Source of the DNA: Polaribacter sp. SA4-10
GTDB taxonomy: Bacteria; Bacteroidota; Bacteroidia; Flavobacteriales; Flavobacteriaceae
Length of the DNA: 64,000 nucleotides
Direction: 5' to 3'
Assembly (NCBI GenBank): GCA_949519155.1
Contig: CATIQU010000001.1
Span: 28,158-92,157, forward strand
The translations under genes were made by a program, and so were the position numbers. Shown piece by piece: positions 18,892 through 29,176 of the stretch (position 1 is the first letter of the stretch; each line of letters begins with the position of its first letter). The notes beneath the pieces were generated by a model. That model was not told the origin of the DNA, ran no database searches, and saw only the letters and a program-made list of their open reading frames with translations.

Positions 18892-19824
18892 ATGAATTTT
18901 TTATTCATAATTGGAGGTTTGGTGTTGTTGATTTTTGGAGGTAACTGGTTGTTGAAAGCTTCGGTTGCATTGTCTTTAAAATTAAATATTCCTAAAATAG
19001 TTATTGGTATGACTGTGGTTTCTTTTGCTACTTCTGCGCCAGAGTTAATCGTAAGTCTAAAAGCCGCTTTAAACGGTGCACCAGATTTAGCGCTAGGAAA
19101 CGTAATTGGTTCTAATATTGCGAATTTAGGTTTCGTTTTAGGAATCACTTTGTTATTTGGGGCAATGGAGATTCAGAAAAGTTTTTATAAAACAGATTGG
19201 CCGGTAATGATGCTTGCCTCTTTGTTGATGTATTTATTTTTAGCAGATGACCAGGTGATTGTTCGTTATGAAGGAATCATTTTGTTTACACTACTCGTGC
19301 TATTTTTGGTATATCTGTTGCACTTTCAAAAGACAGCTGTTGTAGATGAACTCCCAGAAGATGAGGATGCGCTGTCTGTCTTTTATATGGTGTTTTATCT
19401 TTTAATCGGAGGCGTTGGCTTATGGGCTGGATCTGAATTGTTGGTGAAAGGCGCAAAAGCAATGGCCGAAGATTTTGGAGTGAGTCAACGTATTATTGCA
19501 GTTACTGTAGTTTCTGTAGGAACCAGTATTCCCGAATTATCCGCTTCCATCATTGCCGTTATAAAGAAAGAGAAAGCCATCTCATTAGGAAATCTAATTG
19601 GTTCAAACATTTTTAACATTTTAGCCGTTTTAGGAATCACTTCCATAGTAACTCCAGTTGCTGTTTCAGATCTCGGTTTATTGACCAATGATATCTTCTG
19701 GATGTTGGGAATTTCCTTTTTGATTTTACCCTTCATCTTTTTACCAAAAAGATTTCAGTTAAATTGGAAACACGGGATCGTTCTACTAGTGCTCTATGGA
19801 ACTTTTATTTACAGAACGCTTTAA
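18892..19824 (+). CDS. Ca2+/Na+ antiporter (CaCA/YrbG family)
   Basis: Ten-TM-like profile with the two alpha-repeat motifs GNVIGSNIANLG and GNLIGSNIFNIL. Confidence 0.85.
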   Translation: MNFLFIIGGLVLLIFGGNWLLKASVALSLKLNIPKIVIGMTVVSFATSAPELIVSLKAALNGAPDLALGNVIGSNIANLGFVLGITLLFGAMEIQKSFYKTDWPVMMLASLLMYLFLADDQVIVRYEGIILFTLLVLFLVYLLHFQKTAVVDELPEDEDALSVFYMVFYLLIGGVGLWAGSELLVKGAKAMAEDFGVSQRIIAVTVVSVGTSIPELSASIIAVIKKEKAISLGNLIGSNIFNILAVLGITSIVTPVAVSDLGLLTNDIFWMLGISFLILPFIFLPKRFQLNWKHGIVLLVLYGTFIYRTL

Positions 19825-19840
19825 AATAATTTAGTCCATA

Positions 19841-19871
19841 AAAAAAGGCTCGCAAATTGCGAGCCTTTTTT
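19841..19871. terminator. bidirectional intrinsic terminator
   Basis: A6 - GGCTCGC AAATT GCGAGCC - T6, between the antiporter and glnII (convergent). Confidence 0.8.
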
Positions 19872-19891
19872 GTGACTTTATTTTTTAAAAT

Positions 19892-20917
19892 CTAGCTAAT
19901 ATTCGCCGATTTTACTGTTTTAATGATTCTACCAGCAATCTTATAAGGATCACCATTTGAAGCAGGCCTTCTGTCTTCTAGCCAGCCTTTCCAGCCTTTC
20001 TCAACGGTAATAATTGGAATTCGAATCGAAGCTCCTCTATCAGAGATTCCATAAGAGAAATCGTGAATAGAAGCTGTTTCATGATCACCCGTTAAACGTT
20101 GGTCATTAAACTCACCATATACCGCAATGTGTTCTTTTACTACCGGTCTAAATGCTTCACAAATTTTCTCGTACGTTTCTTGAGAACCACATTCTCTTAA
20201 AACAGTATTAGAAAAGTTTGCATGCATACCAGAACCGTTCCAATCCAATTCTTTTCCTAATGGCTTTGGATGGTAGTCAATATAATAACCGTATTGTTCT
20301 GTTAAACGATCTAATAAGTAACGAGAAATCCAAATTTCGTCACCCGCTTGTTTTGCGCCTTTTGCAAATAATTGGTATTCCCATTGTCCAGAAGCAACCT
20401 CTTGGTTAATTCCTTCAAAGTTTAAACCAGCATCAATACATAAATCAGCATGTTCCTCCACTAAAAGTCTACCGTGTGTGTTTTTTCCTCCTACAGAACA
20501 GTAATACATTCCTTGTGGAGCAGGATAACCACCAATAGGGAATCCTAAAGGCAATTGTGTTTTGGTATCCATAATAAAATACTCTTGCTCAAAACCAAAC
20601 CAGAAATCGTTGTCTTCATCTTCAATCGTAGCTCTTCCGTTAGAAACGTGCGGTGTACCATCAGCGTTTAAAACTTCAGTCATTACTAAATATCCATTTC
20701 TTCTTGCAGGATCTGGATAGATTGCAACGGGTTTTAACAAACAATCAGAAGCACCTCCAGAAGCTTGTTTGGTAGACGAACCATCAAAAGACCAGTTGTC
20801 TAATTCTTCAATAGTTCCTTGAAAGTTTTCATGCTCTTCTACTTTGGTTTTACTTCTCATGTTCTGAGTCGGGTAATAACCATCTAACCAAATGTATTCT
20901 AATTTAATTTTTGCCAT
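19892..20917 (-). CDS. glnII: glutamine synthetase type II
   Basis: 341 aa. The N-terminus MAKIKLEYIWLDGYYPTQNMRSKTK and the NWNGSGMHANFS region match eukaryote-like GSII. Confidence 0.9.
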   Translation of the reverse strand: MAKIKLEYIWLDGYYPTQNMRSKTKVEEHENFQGTIEELDNWSFDGSSTKQASGGASDCLLKPVAIYPDPARRNGYLVMTEVLNADGTPHVSNGRATIEDEDNDFWFGFEQEYFIMDTKTQLPLGFPIGGYPAPQGMYYCSVGGKNTHGRLLVEEHADLCIDAGLNFEGINQEVASGQWEYQLFAKGAKQAGDEIWISRYLLDRLTEQYGYYIDYHPKPLGKELDWNGSGMHANFSNTVLRECGSQETYEKICEAFRPVVKEHIAVYGEFNDQRLTGDHETASIHDFSYGISDRGASIRIPIITVEKGWKGWLEDRRPASNGDPYKIAGRIIKTVKSANIS

Positions 20918-21044
20918 TGTAAAGAATTATAAATGAATAATATTAACAGTGCAAAAATGAAAATTTTTAATGACCTATCAAAAAAATAGGGGGTAAAATG
21001 ATAAAAATGTTAATAAAATTATTTAATCCCTAAAATTGAAAGGG

Positions 21045-21052
21045 TATATTTG
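21045..21052 (+). promoter_or_regulatory. -7 box TATATTTG upstream of glnN
   Basis: Exact match, 35 nt before ATG 21088 in the 170-bp glnII/glnN divergent spacer. Confidence 0.5.
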
Positions 21053-21087
21053 TATTATTAAATTTTATTCAATCAAAAACTACTCAT

Positions 21088-23271
21088 ATGTCAATCATTA
21101 GGTTTAATGCTTTACAAGAAACTTTAAATAGAAAACCGATTAAAATCGTTGAATCCGAAAAAAGATCCTCTTTGTTTGGAAAAAACGTTTTTAATAAAAA
21201 TGCAATGCAGCAATACTTAACGAGTACGGCCTATGAGAGTGTGATGGATGCAATTGTTCATGGCAAAAGAATAGACCGTAAAATTGCAGATCAAGTTGCG
21301 GTGAGTATGAAAGATTGGGCAATGTCTAAAGGCGCCACGCATTATACGCATTGGTTTCAACCGTTAACAGGCGCCACTGCAGAAAAACACGATGCTTTTT
21401 TCGAATCGATCAACGGAAGTTTGGCTGTAGAAAAGTTTGATGGCGAACAATTGGTACAACAAGAACCCGATGCGTCTAGTTTTCCAAATGGAGGTATTAG
21501 AAACACTTTTGAAGCAAGAGGATACACCGCATGGGATCCAACATCGCCAGCGTTTGTCTATGAAACAACCCTGTGTATCCCTACTATTTTTGTGTCCTAC
21601 ACAGGAGAAGCGTTGGATAATAAAACTCCTTTGTTAAGAGCTTTACAAGCTGTCGATACTGCAGCAACCGCTGTTTGTAAATATTTTGATAAAAATGTAT
21701 CGAAAGTAAATGCAACCTTAGGGTGGGAACAAGAATATTTTTTAATTGATGAAGCATTGGCATTGTCAAGACCAGACATTCTAATGACGGGTAGAACTTT
21801 ACTAGGGCATTCTCCAGCCAAAGGTCAACAATTAGACGATCATTACTTTGGCACCATTCCAGCACGCGCCATGAGTTTTATGCAAGACTTAGAACAGGAG
21901 TGCATGTTGTTGGGGATTCCCGTAAAAACAAGACACAATGAAGTAGCACCAAATCAGTTTGAATTGGCACCTATTTTTGAAGAAGCCAATTTAGCAGTAG
22001 ATCACAACTCCCTATTAATGGATGTGATGGAAAAAGTATCTAAGCGGCATCATTTTAAAGTATTGTTTCACGAAAAGCCATTCGCAGGCATCAACGGTTC
22101 AGGAAAACACAATAACTGGTCGTTGTCTTCAGATAGAGGCGTTAATCTGTTAAGTCCTGGAAAAACCCCCATGAAAAACTTACAATTCTTAACGTTTTTT
22201 GTAAACACCATTAAAGCCGTATACGAAAACCAAGAACTGTTAAGAGCCTCCATCGCTTCAGCAAGCAATGACTATCGATTGGGTGCTAACGAAGCGCCAC
22301 CAGCAATTATGTCGGTGTTTATAGGAAGTCAGTTATCTGCAGTTTTAGATGAGTTGGAAAATGTTACCAAAGGAAAATTATCACCCCAAGAAAAGACAGA
22401 TTTAAAACTAAATATAATTGGTAAAATTCCGGAGATTTTATTGGACAATACCGACAGAAATAGAACCTCTCCATTTGCTTTTACAGGAAATAAATTTGAG
22501 TTTAGAGCAGTAGGTTCATGGTCGAACTGTGCCACACCAATGACGGTGTTAAATACAATCGTAGCAAAACAATTAAAAGAATTTAAAATTGAAGTTGATC
22601 AATTAATCGAGACCAAAAATCTTAAAAAAGACGAAGCCGTTTTTAATGTCTTAAGAGAATACATCAAAGCATCAAAAATGATTCGATTTGAAGGAGACGG
22701 ATATGGGGATGCCTGGGAAAAAGAAGCCAAAAAACGCGGATTAAGCAATAATAAAACTACGCCAGAAGCCTTAAAAGTAAAAGTCTCGAAAGCTGTTATT
22801 GATTTGTATGAAGAAATGGATGTCATGAGCAAGGTAGAAATTGAAGCTCGTTACGAAATTGAATTGGAAGAATACACCAAGAAAATACAGATAGAGAGTA
22901 GGGTTTTGGCAGATATTTCTAGAAACCATGTAGTGCCAACTGCGATTATTTATCAGAATACCTTGTTAGAGAATACAAAAAATCTAAAAGAAATCTTTGG
23001 TGAAAACTATAAAAACATTGCCAAAGAACAGATTGAATTAATCATGATAATTTCAAATCATATCACAGAAATCAATGCGTTGGCAAATAAAATGACCCAA
23101 GAGCGCAAAAAAGCCAACAAACAAGCAGGATTAAAATCAGCAGAATTGTATTGCAACAAAGTAAAACCTTATTTCGAAGAAATAAGATATCATTGTGACA
23201 AGTTGGAAACTATGGTGGATGATAATTTATGGCCTTTAACAAAATATAGAGAGTTGCTTTTTACGAGATAA
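21088..23271 (+). CDS. glnN: glutamine synthetase type III
   Basis: 727 aa, GSIII length. HYTHWFQPLTG, NEVAPNQFELAP and NGSGKHNNWS motifs. Confidence 0.9.
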   Translation: MSIIRFNALQETLNRKPIKIVESEKRSSLFGKNVFNKNAMQQYLTSTAYESVMDAIVHGKRIDRKIADQVAVSMKDWAMSKGATHYTHWFQPLTGATAEKHDAFFESINGSLAVEKFDGEQLVQQEPDASSFPNGGIRNTFEARGYTAWDPTSPAFVYETTLCIPTIFVSYTGEALDNKTPLLRALQAVDTAATAVCKYFDKNVSKVNATLGWEQEYFLIDEALALSRPDILMTGRTLLGHSPAKGQQLDDHYFGTIPARAMSFMQDLEQECMLLGIPVKTRHNEVAPNQFELAPIFEEANLAVDHNSLLMDVMEKVSKRHHFKVLFHEKPFAGINGSGKHNNWSLSSDRGVNLLSPGKTPMKNLQFLTFFVNTIKAVYENQELLRASIASASNDYRLGANEAPPAIMSVFIGSQLSAVLDELENVTKGKLSPQEKTDLKLNIIGKIPEILLDNTDRNRTSPFAFTGNKFEFRAVGSWSNCATPMTVLNTIVAKQLKEFKIEVDQLIETKNLKKDEAVFNVLREYIKASKMIRFEGDGYGDAWEKEAKKRGLSNNKTTPEALKVKVSKAVIDLYEEMDVMSKVEIEARYEIELEEYTKKIQIESRVLADISRNHVVPTAIIYQNTLLENTKNLKEIFGENYKNIAKEQIELIMIISNHITEINALANKMTQERKKANKQAGLKSAELYCNKVKPYFEEIRYHCDKLETMVDDNLWPLTKYRELLFTR

Positions 23272-23320
23272 ATTCATTCCCAATTGTGGCTTTTTTTTTA
23301 ATCAAAAGACTAAATTTGCA

Positions 23321-23328
23321 ACAATAAC
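23321..23328 (+). promoter_or_regulatory. -7 box TAAATTTG upstream of the purM-like gene
   Basis: Exact match, 13 nt before ATG 23342. Confidence 0.5.
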
Positions 23329-23341
23329 ACAACACACCAGT

Positions 23342-24520
23342 ATGAGTCAAGAAATTTCCAAAAGATACGCACAAAGAGGCGTTTCTGCATCTAAAGAAGA
23401 CGTGCACAATGCAATTAAGAAGATCGACAAAGGATTGTTTCCAAAAGCATTTTGTAAAATTGTACCCGATTATTTAACAAACGATGAAGCGTATTGTTTA
23501 ATAATGCATGCAGATGGCGCCGGGACAAAATCTTCTTTGGCTTATATGTATTGGAAAGAAACCGGTGATATTTCTGTATGGAAAGGCATTGCACAAGATG
23601 CATTGATCATGAATATTGACGACCTATTATGTGTTGGGGCAACAGACAATATTATGTTGTCATCTACCATTGGACGGAATAAAAGTAAAATCCCAGGAGA
23701 AGTTTTATCCGCAATTATCAACGGAACAGAAGAACTAATAGCAGATTTAAAAGGTTTTGGAGTGACGATACATTCTACCGGAGGAGAAACCGCAGATGTG
23801 GGTGATTTAGTACGTACCATTATCGTAGACTCTACCGTAACAGCAAGAATGAAACGCTCGGAGGTGATTGACAATGCCAATATTAAACCCGGCGATGTGA
23901 TTGTTGGATTGGAATCGTTTGGACAAGCATCCTATGAAACGGAATACAATGGAGGTATGGGGTCTAACGGATTAACGTCTGCAAGACATGATGTTTTTCA
24001 TAAATATTTAGCCGATAAATATCCAGAGAGTTTCGATGCCGCTGTTCCCGAAGACTTGGTCTATTCTGGAAATACAAAATTAACGGACAGTGTAGCAAAT
24101 TCTCCAATAAATGCAGGGAAATTAGTCTTGTCTCCAACAAGAACCTATGCTCCCATAATTAAAGAAATTTTATCGAAGTTCGATTCGAAAACAATTCACG
24201 GAATGGTGCATTGTTCAGGAGGAGCGCAAACTAAAATTTTACATTTTGTTGAGAATTTACACATTGTAAAAGACAACTTATTTCCAGTACCCCCCTTATT
24301 TAAATTGATACAAGAACAATCGAATACCGATTGGAAAGAAATGTACCAAGTTTTTAATTGCGGACACAGAATGGAAATTTATGTTTCCCCAGAAATTGCA
24401 CAAGACATTATTTCAATCTCAAAATCATACAACGTAAACGCCCAAATTGTGGGTAGTGTTGCAGCAGCAGACACGAAAAAATTGACGATTAAAAGTGAGT
24501 TTGGTGTTTTTGAATATTAA
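23342..24520 (+). CDS. purM: AIR synthase (PurM)-family protein
   Basis: 392 aa. N-terminal RYAQRGVSASKEDVH and ADGAGTKS motifs and the two-domain PurM layout; the long Bacteroidota form. Confidence 0.7.
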   Translation: MSQEISKRYAQRGVSASKEDVHNAIKKIDKGLFPKAFCKIVPDYLTNDEAYCLIMHADGAGTKSSLAYMYWKETGDISVWKGIAQDALIMNIDDLLCVGATDNIMLSSTIGRNKSKIPGEVLSAIINGTEELIADLKGFGVTIHSTGGETADVGDLVRTIIVDSTVTARMKRSEVIDNANIKPGDVIVGLESFGQASYETEYNGGMGSNGLTSARHDVFHKYLADKYPESFDAAVPEDLVYSGNTKLTDSVANSPINAGKLVLSPTRTYAPIIKEILSKFDSKTIHGMVHCSGGAQTKILHFVENLHIVKDNLFPVPPLFKLIQEQSNTDWKEMYQVFNCGHRMEIYVSPEIAQDIISISKSYNVNAQIVGSVAAADTKKLTIKSEFGVFEY

Positions 24521-24838
24521 AAACGGCTCAAATTTACTCCCTTATATTCACCATCCTATTTGTTTTTATTCACTAAAAAAGTGAGTATGCAAGTATCATT
24601 TTTACTAGATTAATAGTCGAGTTTCTCCATTGAAATTTTGAGTATTTTCCAACAAATAATACACCTAAAAAGACATTTATAGAAGGGCTTTCTTTTGAGG
24701 GCTAAAAACCACTATTTTTTCTATCTTTATGCCCACCTACTTATTGAAGATAAATTTAGGAAAAAGCGAATTTCAAAATCGTTTTTTATAGCTTGCTATA
24801 ATTAGGTAGTATTAAAAAAAATAGCAAAAAAAATAAAG

Positions 24839-25666
24839 ATGAATTTAAACTTAACAAAACCCATTGTATTTTTTGATTTAGAAACTACAGGTGTCAATAT
24901 TGCAACAGATCGTGTTGTAGAAATCGCAATTTTAAAAGTATTTCCAAACGGAAATAAAGAAAGTAAAACGTGGTTGGTGAACCCAGAAGTAGAAATTCCA
25001 GCAGAAGCTTCTGCAATTCATAAAATTACCAACGAGCAAGTTGTAACCGAGCCCACCTTTAAAGAACTCGCGCCAGAAATCGATAAAATGATTGCAGGCT
25101 GTGATTTAGCTGGATTCAATTCAAATCGATTCGATATTCCGTTATTAGCAGAAGAGTTAATGCGCGCAGGGGTCGATTTTAATATGAAGGACAGAAAAGC
25201 CATTGATGTGCAAGTTGTTTTTCATAAAAAAGAACAAAGAACCTTAGGAGCAGGGTATCAATTTTACTGTGGAAAAGAGTTGGAAGGCGCTCATGGTGCA
25301 GAAGCAGATACCAATGCCACCTATGAAATTTTGTTAGCGCAATTAGACAAATATGATGACATTGAGAACTCTGTAGATGCGTTAAGCGAATATTCATCTC
25401 ACGGGAAAAGAGCTGATTTTGCAGGTTTTATTTTAATGAATGATGACGGAGAAGAAATTTTTTCCTTTGGAAAACATAAAGGGAGAACTGTTGAAGCGGT
25501 ATTAAAAGAAAACCCAGGATATAACAACTGGATGCAGAATGCAGATTTTCCATTGTATACTAAAAAAGTATTACAAGAAATTAAAGATAGAATGTCGGCT
25601 TCAAAAAAAACGATGTCTGAACCTGAAAAACTACAAGCTTTACAACAGAAGTTTAATTTAAGATAA
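24839..25666 (+). CDS. DEDDh 3'-5' exonuclease (DnaQ/epsilon-like) with C-terminal extra domain
   Basis: ExoI motif FFDLETTG, ExoII GFNSNRFDIP, ExoIII HGAEADT. C-terminal FGKHKGRTVEAVLKENPGYNNWM module. Confidence 0.75.
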   Translation: MNLNLTKPIVFFDLETTGVNIATDRVVEIAILKVFPNGNKESKTWLVNPEVEIPAEASAIHKITNEQVVTEPTFKELAPEIDKMIAGCDLAGFNSNRFDIPLLAEELMRAGVDFNMKDRKAIDVQVVFHKKEQRTLGAGYQFYCGKELEGAHGAEADTNATYEILLAQLDKYDDIENSVDALSEYSSHGKRADFAGFILMNDDGEEIFSFGKHKGRTVEAVLKENPGYNNWMQNADFPLYTKKVLQEIKDRMSASKKTMSEPEKLQALQQKFNLR

Positions 25667-25671
25667 TTAAA

Positions 25672-25704
25672 AGACCTGTCAGGTTTTGAAAACCTGACAG
25701 GTCT
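25672..25704 (+). terminator. 33-nt near-perfect palindrome after the exonuclease gene (no T-run)
   Basis: AGACCTGTCAGGTTTT G AAAACCTGACAGGTCT; begins 6 nt after the stop at 25666. Confidence 0.45.
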
Positions 25705-25752
25705 AGAGGTCTAGGAGCGTATGCTTCTATAAATTAATAAAAAGCATTCATA

Positions 25753-26238
25753 ATGTTTACTCACTATAAAAATTTACCAAATAAATCTCGCATTTGGATT
25801 TATCAATCAGACAGAGAATTTACAGAGAAAGAAATCGAGTTCATTTCAGAAAAAGCGGAAGACTTTATCAATCAATGGACGCGCCATGGAGATGATTTAA
25901 AAGGTTCTTTTACTATTAAATACAATCAGTTTCTAGTGTTGGCCGTAGATGAAAGTTTTAACAATGTTTCTGGCTGTTCGATCGATAGCTCCGTTCGTTT
26001 TGTACAACAATTACAAACCGAATTACAATTGGATTTAATGGATAAAATGAATATTAGCTTTAAAGACAATGACACCATTAACGTTGTAAAACTTCCAGAT
26101 TTTCAACGCTTTGCAAAAGCGCAAAAAATCACTTCAACAACGATTGTTTTTAACAATATGATTGATACAAAAGAAGATTTTGAAAACAAATGGGAAGTTG
26201 CAGCAAGTAAAAGTTGGCACAAACGTTTTTTGGTATAA
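25753..26238 (+). CDS. conserved hypothetical protein (161 aa)
   Basis: Clean ORF after the hairpin at 25672-25704. No catalytic motif seen. From memory, homologues are often labelled 'ABC transporter ATPase', but no Walker motif is present. Confidence 0.55.
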   Translation: MFTHYKNLPNKSRIWIYQSDREFTEKEIEFISEKAEDFINQWTRHGDDLKGSFTIKYNQFLVLAVDESFNNVSGCSIDSSVRFVQQLQTELQLDLMDKMNISFKDNDTINVVKLPDFQRFAKAQKITSTTIVFNNMIDTKEDFENKWEVAASKSWHKRFLV

Positions 26239-26257
26239 AAATTGAATGGATAGACAC

Positions 26258-29176
26258 ATGAAAAAAAAGTTGTTTTTAGTATTTTGTATTGGTGTTGTTT
26301 CTAATTTATTTTCTCAAAGTGTTGCTCCTTTAAGAGCAGAAAACTTTGAATCGCAACAAATTTGGGTAGATAGTTTGATGAACTCAATGAGTGTTGATGA
26401 AAAAATTGGTCAGTTATTTATGGTGCAAGCCTATTCAAATTTAGACAAAAAACACGAAGACTTTATTACAGAATTGATTGCCAAGTATCATGTAGGTAAT
26501 TTAATTTTCATGCAAGGAACTCCCAAAAAACAGGCGGTTTTAAACAACAAATACCAAGCGCTTTCTAAAGTGCCACTACTTATTGGTATTGATGGAGAAT
26601 GGGGGTTGGATATGCGTTTAAAAAACACGTTTCGATATCCTTGGAACATGACACTAGGGGCTATTTCAGACAATTCTTTTATTGAGCAATTCGGAGAAAG
26701 AGTAGGAGCACACTGTAAAAGATTGGGAATCCATATCAATTTTGCGCCCGTTGTAGACATCAATACAAATCCAGACAACCCAATAATTGGCAATCGCTCT
26801 TTTGGTGAAAATAAAGAAAATGTAACCGACAAATCCATTGCGTTTACAAAAGGAATGCAAAGTACTGGAGTTTTGGCAAATGCCAAACATTTTCCTGGAC
26901 ATGGAGATACGGCAACAGACTCGCATCATACCTTACCCGTTGTTAATTTTGATGCACAACGATTGGATACCTTAGAATTGTATCCCTATAAAAAAATGTT
27001 TGATGCCGGCGTTGCAAGCGTAATGACAGCACATTTAAGCATTCCTAAAATAGAGCGAAATGCAGCTTTGCCTTCCTCTTTATCACCAAAAATAGTGACG
27101 GATTTATTGAAAGTAAAAATGGGCTTTTTAGGGCTAATTATTACGGATGGTCTCAACATGAAAGGAGCAGCTAACTATTCTACTTCGGCAGAGATCGATT
27201 TGGCGGCAATTTTAGCAGGAAACGATCTTTTGTTAATACCACAAGACATCCCCGGATCAGTTCAATTAATGAAAACCTCATTAAAAACAGGTGTTTTAAC
27301 GGAGGAACGATTGGATGTTTCTGTGCGTAAAATTCTTGCTGCAAAGTACTTAGTAGGATTAAATGAGTACAAGCCTGTTGTTATAGCACATTTAAATGAA
27401 GAGTTAAATACTATAAAAGATGAATTGCTACATCGAAAACTAGTTGAAAACTCGTTAACAGTCATTAAAAACGAAGCACAACTTCTACCCATAAGAAACC
27501 TCGAAAAACAGCAAATTGCCTATGTGTCATTAGGAGATGACTCCGGAGAATATTTTGTTTCAATACTGAAAAATTATACAGAGGTTGATCTTGTTTTAGA
27601 TGCAAATGATGCTCAACTAATTCAAAAACTCAAACCGTATAATTTAGTCATTATAGGTTTTCATAAATCGAACTTACATCCTTGGAAAAGTTATAAATTC
27701 AGTAAAAAAGATCGAATCAAATTACAGAAAATTGCACGAACAAAAAGAGTGATTTTGTCAGTTTTTGCGAGCCCATATAGTTTGTTAGATGTCGCATCTT
27801 TTTCCAATATAGAAAGTGTTGTTGTCTCCTATCAAAATAGTCGCATTGCACAAGAGTTTACGGCACAACTTATTTTTGGCGCTATTAAAGCAAAAGGAAA
27901 ATTGCCAGTATCAATTAAAAAAGAGTTTCCAGAAGGACTCGGATTATTTACTTCAAACTTAAATAGATTGGGGTATTCGATACCTGAAGACGTAGGATTG
28001 TCATCAGAAAAGTTAACAGATATTGAAAGAACGATAGACACTATTTTAAAAGAAAAAATGGCTCCTGGAGTTCAAGTTTTAGTTGCGAGAAGAGGGAAAG
28101 TTGTTTACCAAAAAAGCTTTGGGCATCATACCAACGAGCAGCAAATAAAAGTAAAAAATTCCGATGTTTACGATGTGGCATCGCTCACTAAAATTTTAGC
28201 CTCTTTACCTTTAATTATGAAGGCAGAAGAGGAGGGCATATTTTCTCTAAATTCAACATTGAAAGAACTGCTGCCTTTCTTTAAAAAATCAAACAAAGAC
28301 ACCATTACTGTAAAAGAAATGTTATCCCATTATGGACGCTTAAAATCCTGGATTCCTTTCTATAAAGGCACCCAAGATAGTATTACAGGAGATAATTTAC
28401 AGCAATTTTATCGTACTAAAAGAACCTCCTTGTACAAGACGAAAGTTGCCGAAAACCTCTATCTAAGAAAAAATTATAAAGACAGTATTTATAAATACAT
28501 AAAAGAAGCCTCACAAAGAGAACAGCCAGGGTATAAATACAGCGATTTAGGCTATTACCTCTTTAAAGAATCCCTTGAGAAAAAATACAAAAAATCGTTG
28601 GCAAAATTAGCAGATGAAGCCTTTTATCAAGCTTTAGGAGCCAACAGAATGACCTATTTACCACTATTGAAATTCAATAAAAATGAAATAATCCCTACCG
28701 AAAAAGACGCTTATTTTAGAAACCAATTGTTGCACGGAAATGTGCATGATATGGGAGCTGCTATGTTGGGTGGAGTTGGAGGACATGCAGGAGTGTTTTC
28801 TAATGCAAATGATATTGCTAAGATGATGCAAATGTATTTGCAAAAAGGGTTCTATGGAGGAAAACGGTATTTGAAAACTGAAACTATCAATAAATTTAAT
28901 AAACGCTATTTTTCAGAGGAGAACGTACGTAGAGGTTTGGGCTTTGATAAGCCGCAGTTAGATCCAGAAGTAAAAGCGACTTGTGGTTGTGTTTCCGAAG
29001 AGAGTTTTGGTCATTCTGGTTTTACGGGCACCTATACTTGGGCAGATCCAGCAAGTGGAATTGTCTATGTTTTTTTATCCAATAGAGTGTATCCAACGAT
29101 GGACAATGATGGATTGGTAAAGCACAATATGCGCACAAAAATTCAGCAGATAATTCAAGATGCAATTATAGAGTAG
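26258..29176 (+). CDS. fusion of a GH3 beta-N-acetylglucosaminidase (NagZ-like) domain and a serine beta-lactamase/PBP-like hydrolase domain
   Basis: N-half carries KHFPGHGDT and GH3 N-domain features. C-half carries the SxxK motif (VYDVASLTKILA) and HSGFTG. ATG 26258 (MKKKLFLVF signal peptide) is preferred to 26246. Confidence 0.85.
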   Translation: MKKKLFLVFCIGVVSNLFSQSVAPLRAENFESQQIWVDSLMNSMSVDEKIGQLFMVQAYSNLDKKHEDFITELIAKYHVGNLIFMQGTPKKQAVLNNKYQALSKVPLLIGIDGEWGLDMRLKNTFRYPWNMTLGAISDNSFIEQFGERVGAHCKRLGIHINFAPVVDINTNPDNPIIGNRSFGENKENVTDKSIAFTKGMQSTGVLANAKHFPGHGDTATDSHHTLPVVNFDAQRLDTLELYPYKKMFDAGVASVMTAHLSIPKIERNAALPSSLSPKIVTDLLKVKMGFLGLIITDGLNMKGAANYSTSAEIDLAAILAGNDLLLIPQDIPGSVQLMKTSLKTGVLTEERLDVSVRKILAAKYLVGLNEYKPVVIAHLNEELNTIKDELLHRKLVENSLTVIKNEAQLLPIRNLEKQQIAYVSLGDDSGEYFVSILKNYTEVDLVLDANDAQLIQKLKPYNLVIIGFHKSNLHPWKSYKFSKKDRIKLQKIARTKRVILSVFASPYSLLDVASFSNIESVVVSYQNSRIAQEFTAQLIFGAIKAKGKLPVSIKKEFPEGLGLFTSNLNRLGYSIPEDVGLSSEKLTDIERTIDTILKEKMAPGVQVLVARRGKVVYQKSFGHHTNEQQIKVKNSDVYDVASLTKILASLPLIMKAEEEGIFSLNSTLKELLPFFKKSNKDTITVKEMLSHYGRLKSWIPFYKGTQDSITGDNLQQFYRTKRTSLYKTKVAENLYLRKNYKDSIYKYIKEASQREQPGYKYSDLGYYLFKESLEKKYKKSLAKLADEAFYQALGANRMTYLPLLKFNKNEIIPTEKDAYFRNQLLHGNVHDMGAAMLGGVGGHAGVFSNANDIAKMMQMYLQKGFYGGKRYLKTETINKFNKRYFSEENVRRGLGFDKPQLDPEVKATCGCVSEESFGHSGFTGTYTWADPASGIVYVFLSNRVYPTMDNDGLVKHNMRTKIQQIIQDAIIE

